This document shows, piece after piece, positions 1 to 11,806 of a stretch of 64,000 nt of DNA. Position 1 is the first letter of the stretch. Every line of letters begins with the position of its first letter. The stretch is from Psammoneis japonica (taxonomy: Eukaryota). The stretch covers positions 62,001 to 126,000 of the forward strand of contig QPGO01000133.1 in NCBI GenBank assembly GCA_008632985.1. Reading direction: 5' to 3'. The notes below the pieces were generated by a model. The model searched no databases. It worked only from the letters and a program-made list of their open reading frames with translations, and was not told the origin of the DNA. The translations under genes and the position numbers were made by a program.

Positions 1-1
1 T

Positions 2-500
2 TAGATTCTGATTGGTCTGAGAAGCAACTGAAAGAAACGAAGCAAGGCGTGCTTCGGTGCTGACGGGAGCCAAATTGCATTGTGTGACTCCGGCTGAGAT
101 TGGTTCGGACATCATCACAAAAGGTAAGTTGTTTTCTTTGTTGTGCGGGAACTCGAGCGCATCCCCTTTCGGAAGAGTGAGGGTTGCTTTGTTTCCTCGT
201 ACGTGACATTCACCTTGGTTTCCATTCTCTTGAAAACAGGCTTGAGGGCTGAAGAGTCGAATGGAAGCGTCGGGAACACAGTGGGCTCGCGTTCGGACGG
301 TCCGGATTACATTCCAACAATCGATTGCGTCCCATTCCACGAAACCTTGACCAACTGCTCGGGTGCTGGAGGACAATCCGTTGATGGCAGTGGCACCAAT
401 GGGTTCTAGCGGTCCTGCAAAGTCACCCAAGTGGGGTGTGAGCGACGAAGATGCTCCTGTGTCAAGAACAACAGGTGCGTCGACAGGTGGGCACGATGTC
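2..500 (-). pseudogene. Copia pol, aspartic protease region (not in the ORF track because it runs off the edge)
   Basis: Manual translation: VDAPVVLDTGASSSLTPHLGDF...VGQGFVEWDAID...RTRAHCVPDASIRLFSPQACFQE...SQTNQNL. DTG at 455-463. AHCVP and PQACF stand where AYYVP and PQAYF are expected. Confidence 0.8.
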
Positions 501-1684
501 AATGCTTGACATTGGCGGCCTTCGAGATCTCTTGTGTCATTGAAGGATTTGATGTGCTGCGTTGGATCATCGGTCAACCATGGTGGGTCCGGCTTGGATG
601 CAGCGACGTGAGATGGACCTGTCGTGGTCTGGTGAGAGAACATGGCTGCTCCACCGAAACCACTCGTAAAGGTTGCTGTTGTCGTGCGTGACAGGTTGGT
701 TGCGATGCAAGAGAGCGTCGGCGCTTGACCACAAGCTCGCAACATTTCGGAAGAGGCAAGTGTCTTGATCAAATGGAGCTGTTCTAAAGGATCAATGCCT
801 TGAACAAATTCGTCTAACGAACAACCGCACTGCATGTCGCACATGATCCAGGTTTGGTGTAACAGTCGGTGCTTGATGCGGTAGAACTCTTCTAGTTCGA
901 AAGCTTCAGGGTCGTCTGGAGGTGCAAAAGGTGAGGGCTCCGTTCGTGTCGCGGAGCTACGAGGTTTGGTCCTCAGGTGGTCACCTGGAGGATCAAGCAA
1001 AGTGACGAAATCAGTTAAAGTCGCACCATGAGGAAACTCGTACATCTCGGAAGGTAGATGCAACAGGCGATGTTTGATTTGAGAATGGGCTTCTGCGGCC
1101 TCTTGTTGAGGATCGACGCAGGCAAATCTGGGTGGTCTCGTTTTCCCAGGTTTGAATCGACATCTCGATCTTGAGAGTTTCCACGACTTGGATTTTCGAC
1201 AGGAGCGATCCGGATCGGCTGCCGTTGTGTTGTCCGGAACAGGAGTTCGGCGCTGTTTGCGCCAAGTCGTTGGATGAAGGAAGGACCACAAGGGGTCTCT
1301 GCGTGGGATTCGAACTGGGTGCCGATCCAAGTGGCGAACCTGAGAATGATGTGTGATCCGAGTTCGATCAGGAGGACGACGAAATGAGGTCGGTTCGACA
1401 GCAGGAACAACAGCAAAGTCGGGAAGATCGTCGTGTGAAAGCGAAGGATTCTTGGAAAAGAGAAGCAAGCAGAACAAACATCCACCTGCTAAAACAAACA
1501 GCAACTGACAAATCGACGAAACTGCTTCGATCCCTCCCTCTCCAAGAATCTGGAGAGTGAACCACAGGAGCAAAAAATGACCAACCGACAAATGAGCCTG
1601 GACATCCCTTCCAGGAGCGGACGGTTGGTTGAAAAGGCAAGAAGAGAGGGCCACACGCTCAGGAGAGGAGGCGTGCCCGAAGCT

Positions 1685-3169
1685 TCAGGTGAAGGAGGCG
1701 AAGAGGCCGGACACAGTTTCGACCATCTCCTTCTTGGCATTGGCAATGGCGAGGTCACGATCTGTGACGGGAGCGGAAGCCGGTGCCGGAGCGGGCGCAG
1801 CGGCCGGAGCGGGAGAAGGTGCAGCGGCAGGAGTGGAGGCAACGTTCCCCGTCTCAGTCACCGGGTGCCAGCGCTTGGTTTTGCAATGATGGCAATGATC
1901 CTTGCCATCAATGTTGCGGCGACTGTCATCACTCTTTTCGGCTTCAGTCGGTGGCTGCCATTTCTTGGGAATGGTCTTGGCAGAGGGACCGGAAGAGGAG
2001 GATCCCGAAGAGTTGTTCTTGCGTTGAGCTCGTTTCGTGTCAAAGAAGAGCTTCTTGTTGGCACGAACACGAGCGTCGTCGACCGGTGTCTTGCAGTCAC
2101 ACAAAGGATGAGGGCCGCCACAGTTAAAACAAGTGACGACTCCCGCAACGAACGAAGTTGCTTGTTTCTTGGCAGACACGCCGGACCACTTGTCGGAGGA
2201 GACAAGAGCGAGACACTCGCCTTTGGCAAAGAACAAAATGTCATCCACCGCAGCAGTCGGTGCTGCAGTCGTCGAGCCCGATTGCTTGAGTTTGGAGGTC
2301 TTGGAGTCCTTGGTGAGGTGCTCGAAGAGAGAATTGAACTCGGGAACACTCGACGTTTGAAAGACTTTGGTGAGATTCTCCAGAAAATCAGTGGGAATGA
2401 CAGACTGTCCTTTCTGATCCTGGAGATTAGCGAGGCGAGAACAGCCACCGCGAACAAGAGGTGCGACTTTGCTTGCATCTTCTCCATCGAAGTCGGTGAT
2501 CTTGAGGTTGGTCATGTTGGAAACCAAACAACGAGCAGCCTCTTCGGAGTTGCTCTGAAGGAGTTTCATCATGAGAACGAAGAAAAGAGGTCCGCCCTGC
2601 TCTTCCTGATCACATTTGAGGTGCGTCTCGTTGACCTTCTTCTGCAGTGCAACGGACGCGTTCCGCTCGAAGCAGTCGTGAGCAAGACGAAGGTTTTGGC
2701 TCGCCCAAGTCCCACCGGGGTCCTCGAGCATGGTTGAGTGCCATTTGTTGCTTGCGGCGACCTCCGCTGCGGTGATCGTGGAGCATTCCTTGCAAAGATC
2801 ACGCGTCGTGAATTTATCTGGGTCGATGATGGTGAAGACGTCATCCATGTCACACTTGACATGGTTCGAACGCATGGTTGAAATGGACATCGCGAGGTCA
2901 CAAGCATCCTCGAGCTTGTCAGGATCGTTGATGTTGACGTTGAGGAGGTCAAATTTTGTCTGCTGTTTTGAAGTCGCCTTCAGAAAGAGATCGTTGAGCT
3001 TGTCAGGATCCAGCCTGTTCCTCTGCGCCTCAGTGTAGAGGGCAGTGAGAGTGTCTTGCGACGCTTTCGGCGTTGCGCGGACTTTCACCTTCCGTCCATC
3101 AATGGTCACCTCGGACATGCTGGCTGGCGGAGAAGGAGGGAGTGGAATGCTCGCTGCTTTGCTCGGCAT
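1685..3169 (-). pseudogene. Copia gag-like protein with zinc knuckle
   Basis: 494-aa ORF with CFNCGGPHPLCDC knuckle and EQGGPLFF motif. Only one Tyr in the whole ORF. Confidence 0.8.
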
Positions 3170-3642
3170 GCGAATTGCGCGAGAAAGTGCAGATTCTTCG
3201 GATGACGGTTAGTTGAATTGTCGCTGTCCGTGCGGATGTGTGCGCGTTGTTCTGCAATGCGAAAGACAGTTGCTTGACGGTCTTGGACAGCAACAGAGCG
3301 TCGAAAGTTCCGGATTTCGTCAGTTATGACGACTCGGTCGCCCACACGAAAATCCGCGATGGTCAGCTCCCGTGTGGTTGAAGTAGAAGTGCGAGCGGCT
3401 CCGGCTCACGTTGGCGCAGTGAGGCGATTCTGCCGTTCTCTTTCTGCGGCAATGCGACGAACAAGCTCCACTTCTTGAAGTTGCAGGGCTTGTAGTTGTT
3501 CAATGAGGTCGTCAAGTGTCGCAGAGTTCCTTTCGGACATGTGCAACACTCACGTAGAATTGTACGTAAAGAATGTACGGAGCTCACTTCTCGTCCACCG
3601 GAGAGAAAGAGATGAGCGCAGGAGTGATCAAGCGTGATGCTT

Positions 3643-3654
3643 GGGCTCATAACC
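3643..3654 (-). promoter_or_regulatory. Primer-binding site of the copia tRNA-iMet-fragment type
   Basis: Minus strand reads ...ATCGCA|GGTTATGAGCCC, directly after a CA end and upstream of gag. Confidence 0.75.
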
Positions 3655-3774
3655 TGCGATAACTCTCGTCTGAGAGTCAGGGGAAGTCGACTGAGGTCGA
3701 ACAATAGATGTGTCGCTGGCGAAGAGGGCCAACGATAACGGTGTGATTGGTAAAGCTGCTAATGTCTTGTTACA
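3655..3774 (-). repeat. Putative 5' LTR of the Copia element (~120 bp)
   Basis: Minus strand starts TGTAACAAGAC and ends TATCGCA next to the PBS. The second LTR is outside the window, so the outer edge is inferred. Confidence 0.5.
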
Positions 3775-3985
3775 CTAGATGTTGTAATTGTGAGAAAAGT
3801 TGAAAAAGACCGATGGCGGGAAATCGCATGCGTAAGTGAGCGCGCGCGTATCGCGCATGAGTTCGTACTGTGTTGACAAACGGTTGATGAATTTCGCTTC
3901 TTGCCACGTTCAACGCGTTGGCTTGAACCATCAAAAATGATACAAGGAGAAACAAGGGGATTCGTGGTGTTCTAGCACTACTCAT
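3775..3985 (-). pseudogene. 5' fragment of a paralog of the K+ channel gene, cut at the Copia edge
   Basis: MSSARTPRIPLFLLVSFLMVQANALNVARSEIHQP aligns with MSSAITQRISLLILVSWLMVQVNALNVASSIHQP (start 34815). DNA ~3881-4045 matches ~34714-34875, including upstream sequence. Confidence 0.7.
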
Positions 3986-4459
3986 ATTGTCTCTGTAAGT
4001 GTGGCTCTCTCAGCGGCTCTTACCCTCAGTTATCATTGTCTCTTATTCTCGCTTCTACGCAGACACGGATCTTTTTCTGCTTGTTTTTGATGTGCGAGGA
4101 CAGACGAGGATTCCTACTACTCTAGAGTAGAGAGTACCTACTAGCTATGAGTAGAGCTTAGTAGCTAGTAGTGGGGCTCAGATAGACCGAGGGAGCATCC
4201 GTTTATTCGAGTCCACACAAAGCACTTCTCAACAAGGAGTCCATACTTACTACGTGGCAACCTCGATGGTCGAGGACGCTCAGCAGTGCTCAGCCGTTGT
4301 TGTGTCGACGCATGTCAAGCCTGCTTACACTACGGTACCGACAAGTGATTTCTACGCTGCAGTTGCGGAGACTAAGCCCTCGTCTAGCAAACTAAGAGAG
4401 GCCTGACTGTCTAGTAATTTGTAAGTTATGCTATCAGCAATCTATTGAGCTACTACTAG

Positions 4460-5679
4460 CTAGGAAAGACATGATTGTATCAGGGTCTTTTTTTCGCGAG
4501 CCAAAGCAAGCCCTTCTTCGTACGTTTGGACAAGATCTAACAACGCTAGACGTACCGTAAAAGCGACACCGCCGCCATCGATATCTCGACGGTGTTCCCA
4601 CCACATGCCCGTGTTGATCATTCGCAAAAACGTCACCGGGCTGAGAATTGTTTGGCCGGTAAGTTTGTAACTAAGTTGCTGGACTTGCAAGTAGAAAGCC
4701 TCAGGGATTTCGAATACCTTCTTTACGCCCTGAACAATGAGGGCAGCATCTCCAAGGACTTGCACATTTTCTGGATTGAAAACAACATTGAGAGTAGTTA
4801 GTCCCAGAGGACCAATGAGATTTTCAATGACGTTTGACCACGTGACTGCCAATTGCATCTTTTCTTGCGCAAGTTCTATTTCTTCATTGGAGAGCCGGGT
4901 TGGGCCTTTCTTGATCAAATCAATTGCTGATTGGTCGAGACCAGGGATGTTTTGTAGCAAGTGAGGTAGGATCGTTTCTGTTGCATTTTGAAGGTCTTTG
5001 ATAGAATCAAGCACTGGTTGATTTCAGCATCACCCACGGTTCGCCCCCCACCAAAAGTCTTGTGAACGCTTGTAGACAACAATCGTTTACTACTATCCAT
5101 ACTGCACCATTGCTTCGCTGTGTATCCAGGAACAACCGGAGCTTCGTCCACAACTGACTGAAAGACTCGGTATCGCCCGCGACATTTTTCAATAATCATG
5201 TGGCGCTGGATGGCATCCAAGGCGAACCAGTATACCGTGTGACCCTTCTTGCTTACAATCTCGTTTCTAAATCGAGCACCTTCATCGATCATTAGTGGCA
5301 CTCCTGGTACAGTTTCAAAGAAGCAATTCCAGATGCCACGCGCCAATTCATCACTCCGGTCGAGATTTGCAAGTTTTGGGTCCATCCGAACTCTCTCTAG
5401 AATGGAAGTGTCCCTCGCTCCAGCAATTCTCCAGTATTTAGAATCTCGGGTCGTCTTTTTGAGGTTTTCTTCCTTGACTGCAATGGTCTTTCCACCAACA
5501 GCAAATTTGGCCTTGGGTGACGATGCCGTTTCGTTCCATCCTTTGGCATGATCCAGCAGCTGAACACCGTATCGTCCTTGTTCATTCTTGGCTTCAACAA
5601 TCAGTCCTGTAATCCCATTGTAAACAGGGGCTTTTTCAAGTCCCTGCAGTATAACAAAGCTTCCAAGCTGGAGCGGCAT
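4460..5679 (-). CDS. Hypothetical protein split by a 1-nt frameshift near 5010
   Basis: Overlapping ORFs 4915-5679 and 4460-5014 with normal Tyr use. Adding one base at CAG-TG-CTT-GAT joins them. N-terminus VILQGLEKAPVYNGITG...GRYGVQL resembles a common algal N-terminal module. Confidence 0.6.
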
Positions 5680-6170
5680 AGTAGCAGTGTTTACAATGTG
5701 TGGTGTTTCATAGTTTGTTCGTCTCTAAATGAGAATAGGCTTCCTCTTCGGCTTCGGCGAAAACAATTTCAGTGAGCCCCGCCCCTGCCCCCTGCCCCCT
5801 GCTGCTGTCGGCACCAACAGCCGGATGCGCAAATGTCTTCGTGGGTTCGGCTGCGAAGGCTGGTGGCTGCACGTGATTTCGATCCCCCCGGAGGTGAGCG
5901 CTAAAAATCCTCGAAAAGCGACCCGAACACAGCTCACGAGTTCACCAGTGATGTCCCCATGTTGTTGCCGGTGCAAGGGCACATCACTTGTTTGGCATGT
6001 TTCTGGTGTCTCACCTGTGGTGATTCCTTTCCAGAAAATCCATCCTTCCCCACCTGCAATGTCGATCACCCATTGCCCCCCACCACCAGCAATGTGGCCG
6101 TTGTTTTGACCATGATTTCCCCTCACCGGCAAAGCCATTTCCCCTCGCCAGCAGTGTCGATCCCCCCCCC

Positions 6171-6177
6171 NNNNNNN
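6171..6177. other. Assembly gap (7 N) among short degenerate repeats
   Basis: NNNNNNN flanked by C runs and repeated GGCAAAGCCATTTCCCCTC. Confidence 0.95.
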
Positions 6178-6812
6178 CCCGCCAGCAATCTCCCCTTCGA
6201 CTGGCCCCCTTGTTCACCCTCCATTGGCAAAGCCATTTCCCCTCACCTGTGATGTCCGTCGCTCGTTTCTCCCGATTTCTCCTTTCTGATGTCATGGCCG
6301 TTGCCCCTCACCTGCGGCACCAATTGCCCGCTTCCTCCACACCTGCAACAAGTGGTCCCTGGGATGCAACATTGTTTGGTGTGCTGTGCTGTGATGCCGT
6401 TGCACCCGCCATTGACCCTGCTGCGCCATCGTCATTGTTGCAACAACTTTGTTGTTGCCATCACATTGCACATGCTTCTGCTGTCCACTTCTTGATGCTC
6501 TCGGTCATTGTTGTTGGCATCATCATGTCCTTCATGTCGGCAGAAAAAAGCAACAACTGCGATGGTGTCACACCTGATGACTCTGCTGCCATTGGCCATT
6601 CTGCACCCCAGCACACTGCTGCTCCCCCCAGCTGTTCAACAAGCACTTTGTTGGGCATCGGCAGAGACACAATGCTTCTCTTTGTTTTGAGGAATGTCCG
6701 GCTTGTGGTTGTCATGTCGCTGATTCCTGTGGGCAAGTGTCTCTTGGTTGTCATGAACATCCTTGGCTCATCCACCTCAGCTGTGGTCTGCGCACCTTGT
6801 CTTCATGCTGGG

Positions 6813-7432
6813 GCTTTTGCCATGCTTGCGAATCGTCCAGCCAGTTCCGCGAACTGGTTCATGGCAGCTTTGACACAAGATCGTCCCAACAGTGCTTTCT
6901 TCAATGTCACAACAAAGCTCGTCACACTCACACTGTTGCTTTTTCTTCCACAACACCTTCTGCAGATGAATCTTCCTCTGCTTCATTTCAAGATGATGGT
7001 GCCTTTGCATTCCTTGCCTCTGACTGTTGTTTGTCTGACAACAATGGCTCCAGAGCTGTTGAGGTGAATGCTGACAATTGGCTCTTGGTGGCTGCGGAAT
7101 TCAGCAACACTTTGGCTTTTGCCATGCTTGCAAATTGTCCAGCCAATTTTGCAAACCGGTTCATGGCAGCTTTGATGCAAGATTGTCCCAACGGCACCCT
7201 CTTCAATGTCGCAACAAAGCTTGCTGCACTCACGTTGTTGCTTTTTCTTCCATGACACCCTCCGCGGCTGAATCTCTGCCTGCTTCATTTGAAGATGATG
7301 GTGCCTTTGCATCCCTGGATGACTGTGCCACAGATGCTGCCTCTGGCTGTTGTCTGTCTGACAACAATGGCCCCAGAGCTGTTGAGGTGAATGCCAACAA
7401 TTGGCTCTCGGTGATCCCGGAATCCAACAACA
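6813..7432. repeat. Tandem duplication, ~300-bp unit
   Basis: GCTTTTGCCATGCTTGC...CCAGAGCTGTTGAGGTGAATGC occurs from ~6813 and again from ~7115. Confidence 0.85.
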
Positions 7433-9120
7433 CTCCCCCCCACACACACACATCATGAGAGAGGATCCCTCCTCATTTTCCCACACTGTGGGTGACTGTG
7501 CCACCAGGTTTGTTGGCACCTCACAAGGCAACATGGGTTGTGGAGTGGACCATTTGGTTGCGAAAGCACTGCAGCAAGCAAAGATTCCTGATTTTGTGCA
7601 CTGTCATCCTCGTGACACTCTTCAGATGATGAAACTGGAAATGTTGACAAAGCTGCTTCCCTCGTCACATCTCAAATTGCTGTCCACCAGTTTCACATCC
7701 AGTGTTGCCAATCTTCCACCAGCTGTTGATGCAATGTTGTGCACCCATCCCACACACATGAACGGCATCAACAATGCCCACTCTTTTGTTCTAGAAGGAA
7801 AGTGGGCCATGTGTCCTGACTTTCCGACACCTGTCGGAGAAGATGAAAGCAATCACACCAAATTGTTGAATGTCCACTCAATCCAACAGAAGCATCAATC
7901 GCAGGTTGATGCCACCCATTTTGTGTGGGCCGATGATGCCAACCCTTTCAAACAATTGAATCTGGCATCAATGCTCGCTGGAGTTGTGACAATTGCACCT
8001 GTTCATGCCAGGTCACAGACTGATGACAATTCCTTCTTGTTTTCTCTCAGCAACAAGAAGGCAGATCACCAGCCAATGTGGGGTTGTTTTCGCCAAGAGT
8101 GTCATCAACTGTCCAACCCAAGCAATGAATGGACATCATTTTTGCCATCACAAGACAGGAGCCATGGCTCAAGTTGCATTCTTTTGGAACTTCTTGCCGC
8201 AATGCAAGATTGTCCCAAATGATGCTCACACCTTCACCCAGCTGCCGCCAACTCCACCGTTGCGTGCTGCTGGATGTGCATTTTCAACTCAAAGCAGTGT
8301 TGGTCTGCCCTGGATGCATTCCAGCTCCAAGTGGGACCTCGCACTGCTGCACTGTGACATCAAGAGTTTTTTGGATCGTGCCACATGTTGCACATGCAGA
8401 TGGCTGCATGTGAAATTCTGCGAAATTGTTTCAGCCATGCTCCCCATTTTGTGAAGCCAAAGGATTTCTGTTTTCAACATTTGTGAGAATGAAAATGCAG
8501 TGGGCATGTTCTTTGATGTCTGGAGAACACACCCGGGCAAAGTGTCAATGATGTGCTTCAAGTGTGAAGGAGGAGTTGCGTTCGTAAAATTGCCTCTTTT
8601 TCTGTTGGCAATCATTCACATTTTCATTGCTCAACAAATTTGCTGCAGAGCTCGCACGCAGAATTCTACGGGCCCAATGTCACACAGAGTCCCACCTGGG
8701 GCTAGAACCCATCCCCCTGACAAGCTGCAAATGTGTTTCCAGAAGAGGCCAGATGGATGGTGTTTGTGTGGACTGGAACATGGATGGCCCCGGGAAAGCA
8801 CTTCTTGATTGCAAGGCATCATCTTCCTGTCCTTCATCTGCAGCTTTGGACCCAAATGACCCACACCTGTCTGTTTGCCAGCAAAATTTTGAGCTGCTGC
8901 AGGGGGCCTCTGAGATTGTCAAGGAGTCACATGCATCTGGAGTGTGGACCAAATCCACTGCCAAAGAGTTCTTGAAGGGCTGTTCCCACAGCTGTGAAGA
9001 GATGGATTGCCTTGTGCAATTCATTGATTTGGATGGGACAGGTGAATCCCATCAAATCCCAGTGCAGTGGGACATGGGCATTGGCATTTTTCCTGAGCAC
9101 AGAGTCAAAGAGCTCATGCA
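7401..9120 (+). pseudogene. Possible decayed DNA-transposon ORF (CACTA/Plavaka-like), interrupted by a MITE
   Basis: Weak motif resemblance only (FVWADDANP, LLAAMQDCP). Tyr-free ORFs lie on both sides of the MITE at 8313. Confidence 0.3.
8313..8713 (+). mobile_element. MITE family A copy, eroded
   Basis: Imperfect TIRs GATGCATTCCAGCTCCAAGTGGGAC ... GTCCCACCTGGGGCTAGAACCCATC. Interior resembles the copies at 15183, 16545 and 31029. No clean TSD. Confidence 0.8.
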
Positions 9121-9668
9121 GAGCGGAAGGTGTGGGAGACATGAGGGGCAGCAGGAGGCATCGAAGTGGCTGCTGAATCAGAGAGAGATGATGGCAAAGG
9201 TGTGTGGGAGAGAAAGAGATGGCAAAGGGTGGCGGGACCACAGCAACGTCAGGAGCACCAAAAGAGTTCTCAAGGCAGTGGTCAATGCACAGAAGAAATT
9301 TGTCAAAGGAAAGCAGGGAGGCAGGAACCTGATGGACAAAAGGAGCGGGGAGTTCAAGGACAGCCACTTCACAGTCACAGAGGCGCTTGCAAATGGAGTC
9401 AGCAAGGGCTGGGGATGGTGTGCAAATTCTTGGATCAACGGCACAAGCAAGTGCCAGGAAGGGAAAGAACAATGGGTTGAAAGTGGTGCCAAGCTTGTGA
9501 AGGAAGCAGTGGACCCAGGGAGGTCAGGAAAATGATGGGAGTCTTTTGGGAGAGCAGGGGGGGACCAAGGGATCAAAAAGAGGAAAGGCAAAATGGGGCG
9601 GCAGTGGAAGGATCACAATCGGAGCAGGAAGAAGATTCAGATGGGCAGCAAGCAGAGGTGTGGGGTGG

Positions 9669-10102
9669 TGTGCAGTGTGCCTCGCCACTGGACAACACGG
9701 CGAGACCGTGCATGAGCCTCTTGTGCGTGGCAACGCAGTGTTGTTGACACGCACCTGGGAAGCACGACCACAGGAGGGCGTGGCTCTAGGTCTCAGGCAA
9801 TTCCAGAAGGATGCTAAGAGAGCATCCGTGTGAAGCACACTGGCCCGTCGTCTGGCCCACGATGGTGGCGTGATTCCACACGATGACATCACTCGTGCAC
9901 AGTGCGTGATGGCTTGATTCGCACGATCCACAATGTGAGTGCACGATCGATTTGATGCAATCCAAATGTGAACGAACAGGGATTTGGCAAGATTCCCCAT
10001 TCACACGATCCCACTTTCTCCACTCTAAACTAGCTCACAATTTTCACAACGACAAAGTCGCAACACATCTTCTTTTTCAGTGCCTGGCACACACACAGGG
10101 CA
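9669..10102 (+). repeat. Gypsy 5' LTR
   Basis: Direct repeat of 13787-14218. Confidence 0.85.
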
Positions 10103-11789
10103 CAGCGACATTGCTCCCGCACGAAACTGCGAAATGTTGGCAGGACCGACAAATCTCAAAACGACCATGAAGAAGCGGATTGAGCCGCCGATTCCGTTTG
10201 CACGGCCGGAGAAGAAAGAGCCACAGCAGGGCGAGTGCCAGACGTTCAAACTGCGCAACAACCCCACTGATCCGGACAGTCCAATGCACGAGATGGGCAT
10301 TCCGTGCCTTTCTGCGGTTGCATGCGAGACACTCCCAATCTTTCTGCGCAACGTGGACCGTGTGCACGAAGGACAAAACATGACCACCGGGCCAGCAAAA
10401 TTTGCCCTTGTGCGTGACCTGCTGCAGGGCGATGCTCTGACGTCATTCAATGATGCCGCTGACAAGCAGGCATCCCAAACCAACGCTGCGTGCGCAGCAT
10501 GCGTCGCGAAGCTAAAGGAAAGCATCTTCCCACATGGGGCGGCACCATTGCAGAAGCGTCATCTGAGGCGCTTCATGCGCAAGCCCGCAGAGGTTTCCAC
10601 TCGTGACTGCATCGCGAGGGCTGTTGAAATCAACGGCCGCATCTCTCAGTTTCCACCCGTGACGGAGGATGGAGAAGCACCGGCACCATTGCCTGATGAC
10701 GAACTGTGCGACATGTTCGAGTGCGGTGTGCCGAACGCATGGCAGAAGTTCATGACGCTACAAAATTTTGACCCGTTGGCGCACACTGTCACCGAATTTG
10801 CACAGTTCTGCGAGCGCATCGAGCAGGTCGAGCTTGCCGAAGGCAACCTGGACCAACACACTGGGGTTCCACGTAAGCAGGGATGTAGAACAGACAATCC
10901 TGAGTCGTTGATCACGACCCAACCGAACACCCGCGTGAAACGTGTCAAGACTGGACATTCCAGCAACGGAGGCAGCAAGCCCAATGCAAAACCTCGGAAT
11001 GAGGAAGACATTGATGCTCTCATCAGATCGAAGGTCGAGGAGTTCTTTGCCAACGCTCAGAAAAAGCGCAAGGCACGCGAGGAGGAGCTCAATCACTTCC
11101 GCGACCTCAACTTAAGTGATTCCGAAGATTCGGACACTTGCCGACACGATGCAGGCAGTTTTAATGCATTGGATGAATGCATCAATGAACAACTGAATTA
11201 CCATCGTACACGTGTTGCAGGCCAATCCCGCAAACGAGTTAAAAAGACTCATCTTGCTCCAATCTTGTTCACAGCTATGAATGCTAAACATGGCAAGGGC
11301 AAGACTCAAACCATTAAGGCACTGCTAGATAGTGGCGCCAGCAGTGCTCTACTCGACAGTCGATACTGTAAACGTCTGCGAAGCCATTCAACGGCTGAGA
11401 CAAAATGGACTACGGTAGCAGGCTCGTTCAGTACGTCTAACGACTGTACCGTTAAATTTTGGTTACCAGAATTATCCGAAACTGCAGAACTTAAACATAC
11501 CGTCCACGTACACAACGGAAAGTTGGGCAAGTACGATATGATTATTGGACGTGACATTCTGGAGACACAAGGCATTGATATTGTCTTCTCTAAACAGATG
11601 ATAGAGTGGCCATTAGTCAATGGAGAAGTACCAATGAGGCACGTAGATGCTACGGTAGAAACCTCCTTCTATCTTCAAGATCCAGAAGCCTTATCTTCAG
11701 AAACCGACCGGATTTCGCGTATTTTAGACGCTAAGTACGCGCCGGCCTGCCTCAAAGACATAACGCGAGAGGCAATAGACTTTCTATAG
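10080..11789 (+). pseudogene. Gypsy gag plus aspartic protease
   Basis: TFKLRNNP...GQNMTTGPAKFALVRDLLQGDAL gag motifs; ALLDSGAS and YDMIIGRDIL protease motifs. Confidence 0.85.
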
Positions 11790-11806
11790 TTCAACAAAAC
11801 GACCTT

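Larger units (their letters stand above)
1..3774 (-). mobile_element. Ty1/Copia (CoDi-like) LTR retrotransposon, 5' part, running off the window start; hypermutated
   Basis: On the minus strand, in order: putative LTR, PBS GGTTATGAGCCC, gag with zinc knuckle, then aspartic protease (LDTGAS). Confidence 0.85.

Noticed and set aside
1577..2737. 386-aa plus-strand ORF
   Set aside because: Antisense shadow of the Copia gag, with no motif.
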